Assembly (NCBI GenBank): GCA_963758525.1
Contig: CAVWVQ010000003.1
Location: 448,001 to 512,000 of the forward strand
Length of the DNA stretch: 64,000 nt
Direction: 5' to 3'
Origin: an uncultured Phycisphaerales bacterium
Lineage (GTDB): Bacteria > Planctomycetota > Phycisphaerae > Tepidisphaerales > Tepidisphaeraceae
The notes below the pieces were generated by a model. The model did no database searches and was not told the DNA's origin. It saw nothing but the letters and a program-made list of their open reading frames with translations. Below, in pieces: positions 56,001 to 64,000 of this stretch. The position numbers and the translations under genes are program-made. The stretch's first letter is position 1; the number at the start of each line of letters is the position of its first letter.

Positions 56001-58042
56001 CGGGAACGACGCTGGCGCCGATCATCTCCTCTCCCGATCCAAGTTTTCGCCCCAGCGGCGTGAGCTTCGGGCCGGACGGGGCGCTCTACTTCATGGACTG
56101 GTCGCAAACGCTCATCGGGCATCTGCAGCATAATCTGCGCGACCCGAACCGCGATCACGCGCACGGGCGCATCTATCGCATTGTCTACGAGGGCCGTCCG
56201 CTGATGAAGCCGGTGAAGATCGACGGCCAACCGATTCCGGCATTGCTCGAACTGCTCAAAGAGCCGGAAAACCAGACGCGAACGCTCGCCAAGATCGAGT
56301 TGGCCAAGCACGATCCCGCGGAGGTGATCGCGGCGGTCGATCGATGGGCCGCCGGGCTGAACAAATCCGACGCGGCATATGAGCACAACATGACCGAGGC
56401 GTTGTGGGTGCACCAGTGGCTCAATGTCGTGGACGTGAACATGCTCGATCGCATGCTGCGCTCGCCCGAGCCGCATGCCCGCACGGCGGCAACGCGAGTG
56501 CTCTGCTACTGGCGCGACCGCGTCGCCAATGCCCTGGCCCTGTTAAAAATCCAGGCCGATGACGAGAACCCGCGCGTCCGGCTTGAAGCGGTGCGCGCGG
56601 CAAGCTTCTTCTCCTCGCTGGACGCGGTGAACGTGACACTGACGGCGGTGAAGCATCCGACCGACTATTATCTCGACTACGTCTTGCGTGAAACAATGCG
56701 GCAACTGAGCCCCATCTGGCGGCACGCGCTGGACACGGGCGAGCCGATCGCGGCGGACAATCCTGCCGGGGTGACGTATCTGCTCAAGGAGACCCCCACC
56801 AACGAGTTGCTGAAGCTCCCGCCGAGCCACGCGACGCTGATGGCCATCCTGATGCGGTCGGAGGCTTCCGATGCCGCCCGCAGCCAGGCGCTGGCGGGGC
56901 TTGCGACGGAGCAGAAGATTTCCGGCGCCGCGGTGCTGCTGAACCTGATCGATCACCAGGAAAAAGAGAAAGAAGGTTCATCGACGGCGTTTGTGCGGTT
57001 TCTCAGCCTGCAAACCCCCGAGGATCTCAAGGCGGTCCGTCCGCGTCTGTTGCAACTGGCGACAACCAGCAAGATCGCAATGCTGCGCGAGTCGGCCTGG
57101 GCCGCGATCGCAACCGGAGACCAATCCTTTGATGCCGCGTGGGCTGCCGCACGATCATCCGCGGCGGAGGCAGACCTTTTGAATGGAATTCCCCTCGTCT
57201 TCGATTCGGAGCTGCGCGGCACTGCCGAGGCAAAAGTGCTTCCGCTGCTGGACGCGCATGCAAAGGAATCGGATGACATTCGCCGAGGCGCGATTCAGGC
57301 GGCGGCGAGCATGCCGCATAACCAGAAAGCGATCTTCGCCGCGTTCATCCAGTTGATCGATAGCGGCGTCGCCGTCCCGGATGCCTGCCGCGGGATGGGC
57401 GGTCTGCAGCGGCGCGCCTGGAACAACGCCGACGCGGGCAACGCCTCCAAGGCGATCGTGCAGTGGGCGCGGGCCGTGCCGAAAGATCAGCGGACCGACC
57501 AGGACTACGTGCAGACCGTGCAATCCGCCTCCGATCTGGCGGGGCTGCTTCCGGCGGAGGAGGCGGGCCCGGTTCGAAAGGAACTCAAGAGCCTCAAGGT
57601 CGCCGTCTTTGTGATCAATACGCTGCGCGAGCAGATGAAGTATGACACAACCCGGATCGTCGTGGAGGCTGGCAAGCCGTTTGAGATCATCTTCCAGAAC
57701 AACGACTTCATGCCGCACAACATTGTGTTCGTCAAGCCCGGCACGCGCCCGCAACTGGGAGCCGAGTCAGGGCGAATGAAGCCCGATCAAGTTGACAGCA
57801 AGGGGCGCGCGTTCATGCCCAAGTCGAAGAATATTCTGGACGCGACGAAGCTCGTCGAGCCGGGCCAGAAGGAAATTCTGAAGATGACCGCCCCTAAAGC
57901 GGAGGGCGACTACGAATATTTCTGCAGCTATCCGGGCCACTGGGAACGAATGTGGGGCCGGCTGGTTGTGACGAACGACGTCGATGCATATCTGGAAGCC
58001 CATCCGACCGCGGAGCCTCTTGCGGCCAGCGCTGCGAAATGA
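53060..58042 (+). CDS. Large PVC-type multidomain protein: ThuA-like + SGNH + dehydrogenase-like beta-propeller + HEAT + blue-copper domain
   Basis: GDEEYRSEE; IGNTLA..IHL; VNLFASEE, NPVQMAWD, GRIYRI; PRVRLEAV; MPHN...YFCSYPGHWERM. Confidence 0.88.
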   Translation: MHQRGIAPGRFFCCIILAVCSLTISHAKADPYSVVYEPKGTPNGKHIVFLSGDEEYRSEEGLPMLAKILSQRDGFKCTVLFAIDPDGTINPNNQTNLPGAEALDSADAIVMLLRFRAWPDDQMKHFVDAVERGVPIIGLRTATHSFAFKSGTYQSWNGFGKRVLGEHWVNHWGSHKKEATRAIIEAANKDNPLLNGVGDIFVTTDVYEGYPPADATILLRGQVLKGMKATDPPADYKKKRSTDHVEQGVNDPMMPIAWSRIYRDEKTGKTNRVLCTTMGASTDLLSEDLRRLIVNGVFWGLEMPIPAKADVAFVDEYKPRDFGFNGYQKGLKPDDFALGKPAPTTEKAAMPAPILRPVSRVCASSGGAALELKPGDHIAIIGNTLADRFQFDGYLETLIYAQNPQANLVFRNLAVSGDEVVKRARSLNFGTPDEWLTRVKADVILAFFGFDDSFAGPAGLPQFKRDLDKYLKDTLAQNYSGKGPPRIVLFSPIANEKLPDPNYPDPSANNANIKLYADAMREIAAANHVQFIDLFEPSQKLYAEGAARHQPLTINEIHLSEYGDKLLAPIMFQSMFGTDAPTGDFEKLRAAINEKNWQWHARYRTVDGFNVYGGRSYEAYESPKGGPKVTNNRIMQEEMTRRDVITADHDPAVWAVAQGRDPVVRNDNLPPVEKIQSNDPGTKPDGSWVYTGGQAAIAKMTVAEHMKVNLFASEEQFPELVNPVQMAWDTKGRLWVSAWRNYPERTPDSKVGDSILIFEDTKGTGHADKCTHFIDDLNCPTGFQFYKDGILLMQAPDLWFVRDTTGKDHANWKERILMGMDSADSHHTTNSMVLDPGGGTYLSDGVFHRSQVETFLGPVRNEDACIYRFEPSTGKFERYAAYGFANPHGRVFDYWGNDLITDATGNNTYFGPAISGHIDYPSKHEAVKQFWDRPSRPCPGTALLTSRQFPDEFQGNFLDCNVIGFQGIYRVRVDEEGSGLAGTTLAPIISSPDPSFRPSGVSFGPDGALYFMDWSQTLIGHLQHNLRDPNRDHAHGRIYRIVYEGRPLMKPVKIDGQPIPALLELLKEPENQTRTLAKIELAKHDPAEVIAAVDRWAAGLNKSDAAYEHNMTEALWVHQWLNVVDVNMLDRMLRSPEPHARTAATRVLCYWRDRVANALALLKIQADDENPRVRLEAVRAASFFSSLDAVNVTLTAVKHPTDYYLDYVLRETMRQLSPIWRHALDTGEPIAADNPAGVTYLLKETPTNELLKLPPSHATLMAILMRSEASDAARSQALAGLATEQKISGAAVLLNLIDHQEKEKEGSSTAFVRFLSLQTPEDLKAVRPRLLQLATTSKIAMLRESAWAAIATGDQSFDAAWAAARSSAAEADLLNGIPLVFDSELRGTAEAKVLPLLDAHAKESDDIRRGAIQAAASMPHNQKAIFAAFIQLIDSGVAVPDACRGMGGLQRRAWNNADAGNASKAIVQWARAVPKDQRTDQDYVQTVQSASDLAGLLPAEEAGPVRKELKSLKVAVFVINTLREQMKYDTTRIVVEAGKPFEIIFQNNDFMPHNIVFVKPGTRPQLGAESGRMKPDQVDSKGRAFMPKSKNILDATKLVEPGQKEILKMTAPKAEGDYEYFCSYPGHWERMWGRLVVTNDVDAYLEAHPTAEPLAASAAK

Positions 58043-58179
58043 CCCCGTGGCATGGGCGTCCCGCGCGTCCCGCCCATGTCTGGTGCGCGGTGGGAAAAGA
58101 AGCGTGGAAAGCAAATAGATAACTTGATTGGTTTTACTTCTGATGCAACCGACATGGGCGGGACGCCCATGCCACGGGG
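58043..58179. repeat. GTGG-type REP pair
   Basis: Sister of 42043-42164; begins immediately after the stop codon. Confidence 0.88.
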
Positions 58180-58230
58180 AGGCGGTTGGCAGGAAGAAAT
58201 TTCCGTCGCTTCGTTTGCAGGGCGGAAGGG

Positions 58231-58841
58231 CTATGCCGCGCCGGCGAGGCGGCGCAGTTGGATGCGCTGCATGAGACTGGTGATCTGCTGAAGCGAGCGT
58301 CGGGCGTCGCTCTTTTTGTCGGGGGCGAGAAAGCCGTAGCGGAACTTGCCGTCGGGGCGGGCTTTGATCGTCTGAATGCGCGCAGCGCGCTGACGATATG
58401 GTTTGCGTGCTGAAATTCGACCGGCACGAGCGTCCCGACTTTCAGCTCGGCCTTGGCGATCGCGCCAAAGCCTTCGGGACTGATATCGACGATCGGGCAA
58501 TTCTTTTCCTTGCCGACTTTCGCAACAATGTTCGCGGAAATGACCGAGACCCGGAAGGTCTGACGATTCTCCGCCGAGACCGGCTCGCCCGCTCGCGTGA
58601 AGGCGATGATCGCCTTGGGCGCCGCCTCGCGGATCGCCGCAACCTTGGCGCCCTGCTGGAAAAACTTGCCACGGACTTCGCCGTAGGCGTTGACGTCGCT
58701 GCCGGGCGGCGGCGCGATCGCCGTATCGAACTGGACGACATAGCTGGTCGCGTCAGATTCGATTACTTTGCCAGGATGGAGAATCCGCCCATTGGCGTCG
58801 TCGGGGATGAACAGAAACATCTCGGTTCCGGCTGCCAGCAT
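58231..58841 (-). CDS. PilZ-domain protein; frameshift near 58390
   Basis: RQTFR (RxxxR) and DISPEG (DxSxxG). Confidence 0.82.
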
Positions 58842-58940
58842 GGGTCAGTTCCTCGTATTCGTCGGTTGGGTTTCGCACTCCAACTGATCTCTTTTCGGCA
58901 ACGACTTGCGACCACTTGACGCGATCTGGCAAAGCGGCGG

Positions 58941-59602
58941 TTATCGGGCGATCCAACGATCAATTGCCGGCGATAGCTGCCAGGCAAGATGATGGACGTA
59001 AAGCGCGGTCATCGCCCCGGCAAAGACATCCATGGTGTAGTGCGCGCGGAGGACCAGAACGGCCGTAATTTCAAAAAGGGCGATAACCACCCCCGCGGCC
59101 ACGCCGATCGGCCCAAAGGCGGTCGCCAGGCAAAGTGCGCCAAAGACCGCCATCGCGGTGTGCCCGGAGAAGAACAGATCCTCCGACGTTCCGTATGTCA
59201 CCAGCAGCGCGGGAAAGCCAGGATTCCGCCAGATCATTCCTTCCGGGGGCGGGACGCGCAAAAAGCCTGGCAGACCTGCCGCAGGGCAAAGAGCATCATC
59301 AGCCCCAGAAACGGCTGCATCGTCGGTCCGAGAATCGACGTGGCGAGCATCCAGATTCCCACCGCATCAATCACCAGGGAGCTGGCAATCAGCAGAGCAT
59401 TCGCTCGGCGCGGATGATCGAGAAGCCCGCGATGGAGCTTCGCGGTCAGACGATGAATTCCGTCGCCAATCGCACCACCGGCCGACGGTGCCGCGATGCG
59501 CCGGCTGAGCAGCCGTTGCGTCCAAAACCAGACGCCCAGCGAAGCGATGACGATCGCGACGCGGATCAGGATGACGGAAAGTTTTGCGAACGCGAGGGAC
59601 AT
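58941..59602 (-). CDS. PAP2-related (sphingomyelin synthase-like) membrane protein; frameshift near 59260
   Basis: DLFFSGHT, RAHYTMDV. Confidence 0.85.
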
Positions 59603-59672
59603 GAGTGCAAGGGTTCACGAGTGCATCGGGACGCGGATACATAATACGATGATCGCAGTTACCGCGCATTCT

Positions 59673-59788
59673 CCCGGGTTAGCCGCGACGCGCAGCGGAG
59701 CGCGTGTTCGTGTGAACCGCAGAAGGGGCGAAATTACGCTGTTTCTCGTTCGAATACGCGCTCCGCTGCGCGTCGCGGCTAACCCGGG
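59673..59788. repeat. REP pair CCCGGGTTAGCCGCGACGCGCAGCGGAGCGCGT
   Basis: Perfect 33-bp inverted arms. Confidence 0.9.
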
Positions 59789-59829
59789 GGGAGATTGTGC
59801 GACGCAGGTTGTGCTAGGCAATTGACAGC

Positions 59830-61026
59830 TCATCCAGGACCGCTATCCAGATTCAGCATCGTCCGTAATTGTTCCTCGATTTTCACGAGCAGCGGATCGG
59901 CGGTGCCGCGGGCTTCGCGCTGCGGTGAGACTTCGATCGCCTCGCCGACGGTCACCGTCGCCGATATCGGACCGTGCAGGCGAACTTTGTCGGTCAGATC
60001 CTCCTCGAATCGCTCGACGGTTTCGAGCAGCCGCTCGGCGGAAGGGTTGGACCGCACGTAATCCGGCGGATAGTGCCACAGCTGCTGTGCGAGATAGACG
60101 TCGGCGAGCTGCCTCCAGCGCCGCGCGAGTTCGGCTTCGTCCAACTCCCCTTTAACGACATCGGGGAGAATCGCGGTGCGCAATCGCTTCACGCGCGCGG
60201 TGACCGAGCCATCATGCTTTCCCGCCGCCCATTGTTCTTCCAGCGGATTGAGGATCCGGTCGATCAGGTTCTGCAGCCGCTGGGCGATGTCGCCGGTCTG
60301 CGGCTGATCGGTGTATTCCAGTTCCTTGAGCGTCAGCAGCGCGGAACCGACCTTGTAAATGCGATCGAGCCGAGAGAGATGCCGCTGCGGCTGCCAGCTC
60401 AGACGCGCTTCGATCTCGTCGAGCACCGACGCGACGGCGGCGTCGATGTCGCCATGAAAATGGTAGCGGATCGCCACCGGGTGAACGACCAGCTTCCTGG
60501 GGGGTTCCTGTTTGGCCCGCTTCTTCGCGGCGGTGCGGGCAATCAGCGACACGCCTTCCATCAGCGGGTTCAGATGATCGTTGGTCCGGGCGATGATCCC
60601 TTCAGGAAACATCACCATGGGCCGCTCGGCTTTCTCCAGTATCTCAATGGCGGTGTCCACCGCGACGCGGTCGATCCCTTCGCGATAGATGCTGAACGCC
60701 CCCGCCCGGTTCAGCAGAAATGCGCTGAGCCGGTCCTGCATGAAGACGTGCCAGCTCGCCATGATGAAGAACGGCTTGCCTGCCGCGCGGGAGAGAGGGC
60801 CAAGCACCATCGGGTCTTCATCGCGGCAGTGATTGGGCGCCAGCAGCACGGCATGGCCCGCGCGAATCGACTCCTGCAGACGGCCGACATGCACGGTTTC
60901 GACTTTGACGATGCCGTATTTCTTCCGCAGCAATCGCGGAAGATAGAGGGAAAGGATCCACGGCCAGAATCGGCCGCGATGAGGGGGAACCGGAACATAA
61001 GGCTTGTCGATGACAATTTTTTGCAT
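59830..61026 (-). CDS. Phospholipid/glycerol acyltransferase (PlsC-like)
   Basis: NHCRDED (HxxxxD), FPEG. Confidence 0.88.
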   Translation of the reverse strand: MQKIVIDKPYVPVPPHRGRFWPWILSLYLPRLLRKKYGIVKVETVHVGRLQESIRAGHAVLLAPNHCRDEDPMVLGPLSRAAGKPFFIMASWHVFMQDRLSAFLLNRAGAFSIYREGIDRVAVDTAIEILEKAERPMVMFPEGIIARTNDHLNPLMEGVSLIARTAAKKRAKQEPPRKLVVHPVAIRYHFHGDIDAAVASVLDEIEARLSWQPQRHLSRLDRIYKVGSALLTLKELEYTDQPQTGDIAQRLQNLIDRILNPLEEQWAAGKHDGSVTARVKRLRTAILPDVVKGELDEAELARRWRQLADVYLAQQLWHYPPDYVRSNPSAERLLETVERFEEDLTDKVRLHGPISATVTVGEAIEVSPQREARGTADPLLVKIEEQLRTMLNLDSGPG

Positions 61027-61139
61027 GGCGAGGGCGTGGATCATCGAAAAGAAACCGGCGTCTGTCCAATCGGCAGTGGGTCAGCGTAAGATCATCTGAA
61101 TCGGGCGCCTGAACCGCCCCCGCGCGAAAGGATGTCTGT

Positions 61140-62102
61140 ATGTTCTGCCGAGCCGCCGCGGCCGCGACCCTGTTGGCTGTATTTGTCCCAGCGTGCGCAG
61201 CGCTTGCTGATGACGACGGCAGTGCCGTTCCAGACGAACAGGCCGTCCGCCAGCAGATTGACGCATTGCTCAAAGAGTTTCACGACGCAAAGAAAAGAGC
61301 GACTCCCGGCATGATCCAGCAGGCGGTCGCGCTGTCGATTTCCTTCGGCGCCCCGTCGTGGAACCAGGGGGATCACGCCGGCTGCTCGCGATTTTACAAG
61401 AAGACCGCGGAGTCGCTGATCACCCTGTTTGCCGACAAAAGCGCCGCAACCCCGGCGGCACGCGGCGCGCTGGACGATCTTCAGTTTGCCCTGGATCGCG
61501 CCCGCGCGTACGGCGACGACGATCGCGCTGCCTGGTCGATGCGCTATGCGTTCGACAAGAACCAGATCATGTGCGAGATGGCCGCGCAGAAAACGCAGTC
61601 GATGATCGCGCTGGGCGAGCAATACCTCAAACGCTCGCAACTGCAGGAGTCGGAAGACGCCCTGCGAAGTGCCGTGGCATCGCTGACAGATCTGGATGGA
61701 GAGCCGCCGGAGACAATACCGGTCACTGCCCGCTATGCGCCGCTGGCGCTGGCAAACGCATTATTTGCCGAGGAACAATTCGATGATGCCGCCGCGGCGA
61801 TCCTGAAGGGACTTGCATACATTCCCGAATGGCCCGCGGTGACGATCGATCTGCGGCAAGCCAACGGTACGCCCGCGGAATATCAAACCTATTTAACCGC
61901 CTTGGAGAACAAAGCCCGCGCCGATCCGAAGGACGCGTCAGTGCAGTTTCTGCTCGGATATCAGTATTGGTTCACGGGACGGCGAGCCGACGCGCTGGAC
62001 TGCTTCCATCAAACGCTGAAGCTCGACCCGGGCCACGTTGGAGCGCAGATCTTTCTGAACCCCGATGCCGGGAAAGCGGGTCCGCCGAAGCCCAAAGCGT
62101 GA
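61140..62102 (+). CDS. Secreted TPR-containing protein
   Basis: Signal-like N-terminus; FLLGYQY..LKLDP. Confidence 0.75.
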   Translation: MFCRAAAAATLLAVFVPACAALADDDGSAVPDEQAVRQQIDALLKEFHDAKKRATPGMIQQAVALSISFGAPSWNQGDHAGCSRFYKKTAESLITLFADKSAATPAARGALDDLQFALDRARAYGDDDRAAWSMRYAFDKNQIMCEMAAQKTQSMIALGEQYLKRSQLQESEDALRSAVASLTDLDGEPPETIPVTARYAPLALANALFAEEQFDDAAAAILKGLAYIPEWPAVTIDLRQANGTPAEYQTYLTALENKARADPKDASVQFLLGYQYWFTGRRADALDCFHQTLKLDPGHVGAQIFLNPDAGKAGPPKPKA

Positions 62103-62106
62103 AAAC

Positions 62107-63672
62107 TTACTTCACCACCGCAAGCCGGCGGGATCTGCTGACGGGAACCTCGGCCACCAAATCGTACGATTGGTAATCCGTCACCTTCACGTCGATCAGT
62201 TGCCCCGCATGCAATTCCTTCGCTGATCGTACAAACGTCACCGAGTCGATATCCGGCGCCTGGCTCTGGCTTCGCGCCACATATCCATCTTTCAGCTCGC
62301 GTCCCGCCTGCCGCTCGATCATCACTTCAATGGTCTTCCCCTTCATCGCTGCCGCGCGGGCGAACGCAACGTCCTGCTGGGCGAGCATCAGCTCCTCGAC
62401 GCGCGATTGCTTCACCGCGTCAGACAACTGATCTTCCATGCGCCCCATCGCCGTGCCAGGTTCCTGGCTGTAGGGAAAGACGCCCATCATGTCGAAGCCG
62501 AAGTCCTTCACGAACTGCACCAGTTCCGCGTGCTGCGCCTCCGTCTCGCCCGGAGCGCCGGCGATGAACGTGGTCCGCAAAGCGATCCCCGGCACGCGCT
62601 GCCGGAGCTTTTCCAGCAGCGTCACGATCTGCCCGCGCGTCACCCGGCGGCGCATCTTCGTGAGCATCTGATCGTTGATATGCTGCAACGGCATATCGAT
62701 GTACTTCACCACACGGTCGCTGACGGCAATTGCGTCGATCATTTCATCGGTGAAACAGGAAGGGTAGGCATACATCAGCCGGAGCCAATGGACGTCTTTC
62801 AGCTCGCGATCGAGCGTCCGAAGCAACCCGCTCAGCCCCGCGGCATAGGCGATATCCGTCCCAAAGCTGGTCGTATCCTGCCCGATGAGATTCAGTTCCA
62901 CCGCGCCGTCGGCCGCCAACTCCCGCGCCTCGGCCAGCACCTGCTCCACCGGCTTGGACCGCATCGGCCCGCGAATCGAAGGGATCGTGCAGAACGTGCA
63001 TCCCTGATTGCACCCTTCCGAAATCCGCAGATAAGCAAAATGCCGCGGCGTCAGCCGCATCCGCGCCCGATCGTCCTCAAAGGGCCGGGGCGCAGGAGGG
63101 ACGAGGGGACGAAGAAGGGACGAAGGGACGAAGGGACGAAGGGACGAAGGGACAGAGTCCAAATTCGCTTCTGCGCCTTCACCCTTTGTCCCTTCGTCCC
63201 TTTGTCCCTTTATCCCTTCATCGTCCCCTGGCCGCCCTGATTCACGCGAGAGATCATGATATTTCCCCAAATAATGCCCATGCTCCTGCCGCGGATTCGC
63301 CTGTCCGCGCACCGCCTCGACGATGTGCTCGCGATCGAAGACGCCAACCAGCCGATCCACCTCCGGCACGTCCGCCAGCAGCTTGGTCTTATGCCGCTGC
63401 ACCAGACACCCCGCCACGATCACCCGCTGGCACTTTCCCGAAGTCTTCTGCTCGATCGCCTCGCGAATCGCCTGGAGCGATTCAGTCTTGGACGCTTCCA
63501 GAAATCCGCAGGTGTTGATGACGATTGCATCCGCCCTGCTGGCATCAGAAGTGACCGTCAGACCGTCCGCCGCCAGCAGCCCGAGCATCCGCTCGCTATC
63601 GACGAGGTTCTTGGGGCATCCGAGGCTGACAAACGCCACGGATTCGATTTTCTTCGGCAAACGACGACGCAT
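62107..63672 (-). CDS. rimO: Ribosomal protein S12 methylthiotransferase with in-frame repeat insertion
   Basis: SLGCPKNLVDSE, NTCGF, CNQGCTFC, WLRLMYAYP, APDID. Confidence 0.96.
   Translation of the reverse strand: MRRRLPKKIESVAFVSLGCPKNLVDSERMLGLLAADGLTVTSDASRADAIVINTCGFLEASKTESLQAIREAIEQKTSGKCQRVIVAGCLVQRHKTKLLADVPEVDRLVGVFDREHIVEAVRGQANPRQEHGHYLGKYHDLSRESGRPGDDEGIKGQRDEGTKGEGAEANLDSVPSSLRPFVPSSLLRPLVPPAPRPFEDDRARMRLTPRHFAYLRISEGCNQGCTFCTIPSIRGPMRSKPVEQVLAEARELAADGAVELNLIGQDTTSFGTDIAYAAGLSGLLRTLDRELKDVHWLRLMYAYPSCFTDEMIDAIAVSDRVVKYIDMPLQHINDQMLTKMRRRVTRGQIVTLLEKLRQRVPGIALRTTFIAGAPGETEAQHAELVQFVKDFGFDMMGVFPYSQEPGTAMGRMEDQLSDAVKQSRVEELMLAQQDVAFARAAAMKGKTIEVMIERQAGRELKDGYVARSQSQAPDIDSVTFVRSAKELHAGQLIDVKVTDYQSYDLVAEVPVSRSRRLAVVK
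63096..63228. repeat. (GGGACGAA)n/(TTYGTCCC)n inverted octamer element within rimO
   Basis: Arms at 63117-63153 and 63182-63219. Confidence 0.9.
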
Positions 63673-64000
63673 GGAGACTCCGCAGGGGGAAAACCGTGTA
63701 CGTTACGCGTTTGGGCTGGAAAGTAAACGGTTCATGTATTGATGCATTATTTTGACAGGTCCGCTAGCTTTGACGAAGGTCAAAACTCAACCGGTATGAT
63801 CCTATGGCACATCCCGCATCGAAAAGGGCTTATGGCAGGCAAAGTACCTGGAATCGTCAAGAAGGCCGGATGGAGGCTTCTGAAGTGGCTGGGCTTCGGA
63901 ATTCTGTTCGCCGTCGTTCCATTCTGCTTCACTTGGTGGAATGTTTCCCATCATGGTCACGAGAAATGGTGGTTTTACCAATTGTGGCCGCACGGAGAGC

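Noticed and set aside
63802..64000. Partial ORF at the window end
   Set aside because: Too short and without a recognisable motif

Overview
GC-rich bacterial chromosomal segment. Gene content (PVC-type propeller dehydrogenase, sulfatase/FGE, DUF481, HEAT and TPR proteins) suggests Planctomycetota, probably Phycisphaerae (inference). Mostly housekeeping, metabolic and signalling genes: aroA, coaB-like, ppk1, sixA, lipB, trmB, rimO, mscL, a GH57 branching enzyme, a sugar ABC transporter, histidine kinases, GGDEF and PilZ proteins. About 13 genes carry small frameshifts, most likely long-read errors. Notable points: (1) a decayed HUH/Y1 (RAYT-like) transposase enclosed by tandemly amplified 25-bp inverted termini whose outer edges coincide with truncated neighbouring genes; (2) a low-GC, translationally coupled Schlafen/AlbA_2-HATPase + orphan ParA pair, a candidate defence module; (3) roughly ten families of palindromic REP-like and 7-/8-mer inverted tandem elements, several inside coding sequence, including in frame within rimO; (4) truncated toxin-antitoxin remnants at intergenic sites. 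No rRNA, tRNA or CRISPR array was recognised. Family assignments come from motif recognition, not database searches.
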